Virus record (IMG/VR): IMGVR_UViG_3300045790_000889
Direction: 5' to 3' (one strand)
Source of the DNA: an uncultured virus (IMG/VR IMGVR_UViG_3300045790_000889)
Taxonomy: Duplodnaviria > Heunggongvirae > Uroviricota > Caudoviricetes
Length of the DNA stretch: 20,000 nt
Both the position numbers and the translations under genes were made by a program. Positions 15,856 through 20,000 of the stretch are shown here, piece by piece; position 1 is the first letter of the stretch, and each line of letters begins with the position of its first letter. The notes beneath the pieces are model-generated. The model had not been told where the DNA came from. It made no database searches and saw only the letters and a program-made list of their open reading frames with translations.

Positions 15856-17156
15856 TTATTAATGGCGATTGTATTGAAGAAATGCAAAAATTAATTGACC
15901 AAGGCGTTCAAGTTGATGCTGTAGTTACAGACCCGCCATATCACCTACAATCTATCGTGGACAGATTTGGAAAAACATCTCTGAGCGATGATACTAAGAC
16001 TTCAGAAAGAGCGAGAGGTCGTAGTGACGGTTATGCAAGAATGAGTGCTGGTGGTTTCATGGGTCAAGAGTGGGACGGTGGCGATATTGCATTTCGTGCC
16101 GAGACTTGGAGACTTGCTTGGGAATTATTGAAACCGGGTGGACACTTACTTGCATTTTCTGCTTCACGCAATTATCATAGAATGGCGGTTGCGATTGAGG
16201 ATGCTGGATTTGAAATTCGTGATCAAATGATGTGGTTATATGGCAGTGGATTCCCGAAAAGCCTGAATATTAGCAAGGCGATTGACAAGGCTGCAGGGGC
16301 TAAGCGTGAGGTTGTGGGTAGTAAGGTCACTGGAAGGGCTGGCACTAGGGCAGACAAGAGGAATGCAGACGATGGATTTGAGTCTGGAAACATGGTTATA
16401 CCAGTCACAGCCCCCGCAACCCCCGAAGCCAAGCAATGGGACGGATGGGGTACTGCATTAAAACCAGCGCACGAACCGATTGCAGTCGGGCGAAAACCAA
16501 TATCCGAAAGTACTGTTGCTAAGAATGTATTAAAACATGGAACTGGTGGTATCAATATTGATGAAAGTCGTATTCCAGCCTCGCATGAAGATATTGAAGC
16601 ACAAAGAAAAACAAGCGGCGTTGTGGGTGGCAAAAAACAAAGTATTGTGTATGGAAAAAATTTCGCAGAAAAAAAACAACTCGCTGGAAATGATTTAGGT
16701 AGATTCCCAGCAAATATAATGCACGATGGTTCTGAGGAAGTGGCTAAGTTGTTTCCTGACACTAGACAGGCTGGGAATAAAAAACCAAGTTCTATTACTT
16801 CTGGAAAAATGTTTCTTGGTATTGGAGACATTGGAAAGAGGAATCCTGAAATAGTAGGAGACAATGGAGGTTCAGCCTCACGTTTCTTCTATTGCCCAAA
16901 AGTATCAAAAAAAGAGCGTGGGGAAAATAACAAACATCCAACAGTCAAACCACAAGAGTTGATGAAATACTTAGTGAGACTTGTCACGCCTAAAGGTGGT
17001 ACTGTACTTGATCCATTTATGGGTTCTGGCTCTACTGGAATGGCAGCAAAAGATTTGGGTTTTGACTTTATTGGTATTGAGAAATCAGAAGAATATTTCA
17101 AAATCTGTCAAGAACGAATTGATGAAACAAACCCACTAAGCGAATTTTTTGACTAG
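15852..17156 (+). CDS. DNA amino-methyltransferase (beta class), paralog 2
   Basis: Same motifs as paralog 1, plus an insertion after DPPY (HLQSIVDRFGK...MSAG). ATGA coupling. Confidence 0.94.
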   Translation: MIINGDCIEEMQKLIDQGVQVDAVVTDPPYHLQSIVDRFGKTSLSDDTKTSERARGRSDGYARMSAGGFMGQEWDGGDIAFRAETWRLAWELLKPGGHLLAFSASRNYHRMAVAIEDAGFEIRDQMMWLYGSGFPKSLNISKAIDKAAGAKREVVGSKVTGRAGTRADKRNADDGFESGNMVIPVTAPATPEAKQWDGWGTALKPAHEPIAVGRKPISESTVAKNVLKHGTGGINIDESRIPASHEDIEAQRKTSGVVGGKKQSIVYGKNFAEKKQLAGNDLGRFPANIMHDGSEEVAKLFPDTRQAGNKKPSSITSGKMFLGIGDIGKRNPEIVGDNGGSASRFFYCPKVSKKERGENNKHPTVKPQELMKYLVRLVTPKGGTVLDPFMGSGSTGMAAKDLGFDFIGIEKSEEYFKICQERIDETNPLSEFFD

Positions 17157-17182
17157 ACAATCATTATAGAATATGCTATAAT
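17154..17182 (+). promoter_or_regulatory. Sigma70-type promoter of uvsX-gp40-gp41
   Basis: TAGACA-N17-TATAAT with extended TG (17174-17175); AGGAG Shine-Dalgarno before ATG 17208. Confidence 0.8.
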
Positions 17183-17207
17183 GATGTAATTAATATAGGA
17201 GAATTAT

Positions 17208-18263
17208 ATGTCAATAATGGACAAACTCAAAAAGAATTCAAAACTAAAGACCACAGAAGTTCTTTCAGAGTCTAAATTTTTTAATAATAAAGAACAGGTT
17301 TCAACACCAGTTCCAATGATCAATGTCGCTTTATCTGGATCAGTAGATGGTGGTCTTACTCCTGGCTTGACTGTATTGGCTGGGCCATCTAAACACTTTA
17401 AAACTTCATTTACGTTGTTGATTGCAGCGGCCTACTTGGAAAAATATGACGATGCTGTAATGTTATTTTATGACTCAGAATTTGGATCACCAGCATCATA
17501 CTTTGAACAGTTTGATATTGATACCGCGAGGGTTCTACACACACCAATTACAAACGTAGAAGAATTGAAATTTGATCTTATCGCTCAACTTGAGGGAATG
17601 GATAAGGCTGACCGTGTTATCGTGGTTATTGATTCAATTGGTAATCTTGCATCTAAGAAAGAAATGGAAGATGCAATCAACGAAAAGTCTGTAGCAGATA
17701 TGTCAAGAGCAAAGGCACTCAAAGGTCTATTCAGAATGTGTACGCCATATTTGGCAATGAAGAACATTCCCATGATTGCAGTCAATCATACATACAAAGA
17801 GATTGGGTTATTTCCAAAAGATATTGTGTCTGGTGGAACTGGAATCTATTACAGTGCAAACAACATTTGGATTCTTGGTCGCAGACAGAATAAAAAGGGA
17901 ACTGAAATTCAAGGATATGATTTTGTTATCAATGTTGAAAAATCTAGGTTCGTTAAGGAAAAGTCCAAAATTCCCATCACGGTTTCTTGGGAAGGTGGCG
18001 TTGCACCTTGGTCTGGATTACTAGAAGTTGCTATTGCTGGTGGGTATGTTGTCAAACCAAGTAACGGTTGGTATAGTTCAGTTGATATGAATACTGGTGA
18101 GGTGTCTGAAAAGAAAGTTCGTGAGGCTGGTACTCTTGAAGAAAGTTTTTGGAAGCCTATATTTGATAGTACAGATTTTGCTGAATTTATTAAAAAGCAG
18201 TATACTATTGGGTATCAGACAGAAATTGATATGGATGACGTTATAATGAATGGGGGTGAGTAA
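17208..18263 (+). CDS. uvsX: UvsX RecA-like recombinase
   Basis: INVALSG, Walker A AGPSKHFKT, FYDSEFG, IDSIGNLASKKE, DMSRAK, NHTY, GGTG, KSRFVKEK. Confidence 0.97.
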   Translation: MSIMDKLKKNSKLKTTEVLSESKFFNNKEQVSTPVPMINVALSGSVDGGLTPGLTVLAGPSKHFKTSFTLLIAAAYLEKYDDAVMLFYDSEFGSPASYFEQFDIDTARVLHTPITNVEELKFDLIAQLEGMDKADRVIVVIDSIGNLASKKEMEDAINEKSVADMSRAKALKGLFRMCTPYLAMKNIPMIAVNHTYKEIGLFPKDIVSGGTGIYYSANNIWILGRRQNKKGTEIQGYDFVINVEKSRFVKEKSKIPITVSWEGGVAPWSGLLEVAIAGGYVVKPSNGWYSSVDMNTGEVSEKKVREAGTLEESFWKPIFDSTDFAEFIKKQYTIGYQTEIDMDDVIMNGGE

Positions 18264-18565
18264 TGCCAGAATTTAAAGAAAGTGTGGATTATGAACATAT
18301 TCCACACCCAAAGGACGATAAAGCATGGTCTATTAGAGTTTTAGAGGGTGTATATTCTGAAACAATAATTTCTTTTGGAACAATCACACTTGATGGTGAG
18401 GATAATGAAGATAGTCAAATGACATTTGACTTCACATTAGAGAGTTCACCAATAGATGATCTTGATGAAAGCAGTTTAGAGTTCCAAGACTTTGCTGGTA
18501 ATCTATTGACTTCTATCATAGAAACTGCTATAATCAATAAAACGGGTGAAATGAAGGAACTGTAA
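18263..18565 (+). CDS. Acidic protein in the T4 gp40 position (putative head vertex assembly chaperone)
   Basis: Sits between uvsX and gp41 as gp40 does in T4, with similar size. The call rests mainly on synteny. Confidence 0.55.
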   Translation: MPEFKESVDYEHIPHPKDDKAWSIRVLEGVYSETIISFGTITLDGEDNEDSQMTFDFTLESSPIDDLDESSLEFQDFAGNLLTSIIETAIINKTGEMKEL

Positions 18566-19939
18566 TTGTCTAATATTGAACAAATAATTCTAAAAAACTT
18601 AATCTCTGATGAAAAGTATATGCGTAAGGTTTTACCTTTTATCAAACCAGAGTATTTTGAGGGTGTGTATCGGCAAATGTTTACCAATGTTGGCGTATAT
18701 GCTGGTAAATACAATAGATTACCCACTCAAGAAGCGTTTAGAATTGAGATTGATGAATCAGATCGTTATACTGATGAGCAATATAGACATGCTATGGAGA
18801 TTATTCCACAAATCTTTGATGGAACACCCTCAGATGAAGAACATCTTTTAGAGGTTACTGAGAAGTGGTGTCAAGACCGCGCATTATTCAATGCAGTGAT
18901 GGAATCAATTAGTATCATTGATGGAAAGCATGAAACACTTTCTAAAAATGCTTTACCTGATATTCTAAGCACTGCATTGGGTGTTTCATTTGATACGAAT
19001 GTTGGTCACGACTATCTTGGAAATTTTGAAGAACGCTATGAATTTTATCATCGCACTGAAGAACGATTACCTTTTGATCTTGAATATTTTAATATGATTA
19101 CTAAAGGTGGTTTGCCTAAGAAAACCTTAAATATCATCTTGGCTGGTACTGGTGTGGGTAAATCCCTTTTTATGTGTCACCAAGCAGCGGCAGCACTTTC
19201 AGACGGTAAGAATGTTTTGTATATCACAATGGAAATGGCAGAAGAAAGAATTGCTGAAAGAATTGATGCAAATCTTTTAAATATTCCTATTGATCAAATC
19301 ACTACTTTGAGTAGAGAAAACTTTTCTGAGAGAGTTGCCAATATTTCAAAGAGAACAAATGGTAAATTAATTATTAAAGAATATCCTACTGGTCAAGCAA
19401 ATGTTTCTCATTTTAGAAGTCTGCTAAGTGAACTTAAATTAAAAAAATCATTTGAACCAGATATTATTTTTATAGATTATCTAAATATTTGCGCTAGTAG
19501 TAGAATGAAGGCAATGGGTGGTTCAATCAATTCCTATACTTATATTAAGGCGATTGCAGAAGAAATGCGTGGCCTTGCTGTTGAATTTAATGTACCAATT
19601 GTATCTGCAACACAAACAACAAGATCAGGTTTTTCAAATTCTGATATTGGATTAGAGGATACTTCTGAATCATTCGGCCTTCCAGCGACAGCAGATTTAA
19701 TGTTCGCACTCATATCTAATGAAGAACTAGAAGCAATGGGGCAAATTGCAGTTAAACAGTTAAAGAATAGGTACAATGATCCTACATACAAAAAGAGGTT
19801 TGTTATAGGCGTTGACCGTTCTAAAATGAGGTTGTTTGATGTGAGTGATGATCAGCAAACTTTAATGGATGATGGTCCAGTATTTGATAAAACTCCTCAA
19901 GGACAAGATGCTGAAAAATATAAGGATTTTAAACTATGA
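18566..19939 (+). CDS. gp41: T4-like replicative DnaB-family helicase
   Basis: Walker A LAGTGVGKS, YITMEMAEERIAERIDAN, IKEYPT, IFIDYLNI, SATQTTR, SESFGLPATAD, KQLKNRY. TTG start. Confidence 0.97.
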   Translation: MSNIEQIILKNLISDEKYMRKVLPFIKPEYFEGVYRQMFTNVGVYAGKYNRLPTQEAFRIEIDESDRYTDEQYRHAMEIIPQIFDGTPSDEEHLLEVTEKWCQDRALFNAVMESISIIDGKHETLSKNALPDILSTALGVSFDTNVGHDYLGNFEERYEFYHRTEERLPFDLEYFNMITKGGLPKKTLNIILAGTGVGKSLFMCHQAAAALSDGKNVLYITMEMAEERIAERIDANLLNIPIDQITTLSRENFSERVANISKRTNGKLIIKEYPTGQANVSHFRSLLSELKLKKSFEPDIIFIDYLNICASSRMKAMGGSINSYTYIKAIAEEMRGLAVEFNVPIVSATQTTRSGFSNSDIGLEDTSESFGLPATADLMFALISNEELEAMGQIAVKQLKNRYNDPTYKKRFVIGVDRSKMRLFDVSDDQQTLMDDGPVFDKTPQGQDAEKYKDFKL

Positions 19940-20000
19940 ATAGAGCGCATTGGTTAGCAGATCAAATTAGATCAAATAATTATAAGATTGGTGTAGAACT
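19936..20000 (+). CDS. Start of the next gene (truncated by the window); possibly a class I SAM-dependent methyltransferase
   Basis: ATGA overlap with the gp41 stop; MNRAHWLADQIRSNNYKIGVE(L) resembles the lead-in to a GxExG SAM-binding motif I. Confidence 0.4.
   Translation, partial: MNRAHWLADQIRSNNYKIGVE

Larger units (their letters stand above)
14671..17156 (+). repeat. Tandem gene duplication with identical DNA blocks
   Basis: Identical blocks read by eye: 14908-14951 = 16194-16237 (44 nt), 15206-15248 = 16510-16552 (43 nt), 15392-15439 = 16696-16743 (48 nt). Confidence 0.9.

Noticed and set aside
16223..16864. 213 aa minus-strand ORF (and other antisense ORFs at 378, 1502, 2039, 7617, 10517, 11235, 14976, 16889, 17585, 18415, 19540)
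   Set aside because: They are shadows of well-supported plus-strand genes, with no recognisable motifs. The whole window is co-oriented on the plus strand.
1..20000. CRISPR array, tRNA genes, alternative genetic code, T4 late promoters (TATAAATA)
   Set aside because: No regularly spaced repeats or cloverleafs were seen in the short intergenic gaps. TAA, TAG and TGA all end genes at expected positions. No exact intergenic TATAAATA was noticed by eye.

Overview
This is an AT-rich, entirely plus-strand segment of a large T4-like (Tevenvirinae/Kyanoviridae-like) phage genome, probably marine and infecting a proteobacterium (inference). It holds the core replication genes gp43 DNA polymerase, uvsX, a gp40-like gene and gp41 helicase. 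Upstream are a short dihydroorotate dehydrogenase, an hsp20 operon and a PD-(D/E)XK nuclease. About 11 kb of accessory genes lie between gp43 and uvsX: a nuclease plus methyltransferase pair, MazG, an AEP primase-like gene, a GREB1/TAGT-like glycosyltransferase with a small partner, a metabolic block (class I FBP aldolase, cupin, PurM, a compact ATP-PEP carboxykinase, HAD phosphomannomutase, cytidylyltransferase) and two tandem paralogous DNA methyltransferases. The most notable observations are: (1) all three DNA methyltransferases end in the same L-x-[DE]-F-[FL]-x C-terminal motif as the polymerase, suggesting sliding-clamp-tethered, replication-coupled methylation; (2) a ROSE-type RNA thermometer and an RpoH-like promoter precede the phage hsp20; (3) a possible gluconeogenesis to NDP-sugar to DNA glycosylation module; (4) mosaic tandem methyltransferases with identical DNA blocks flanking variable segments, some of them GC-rich. 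All calls come from motif recognition by eye; no searches were run.
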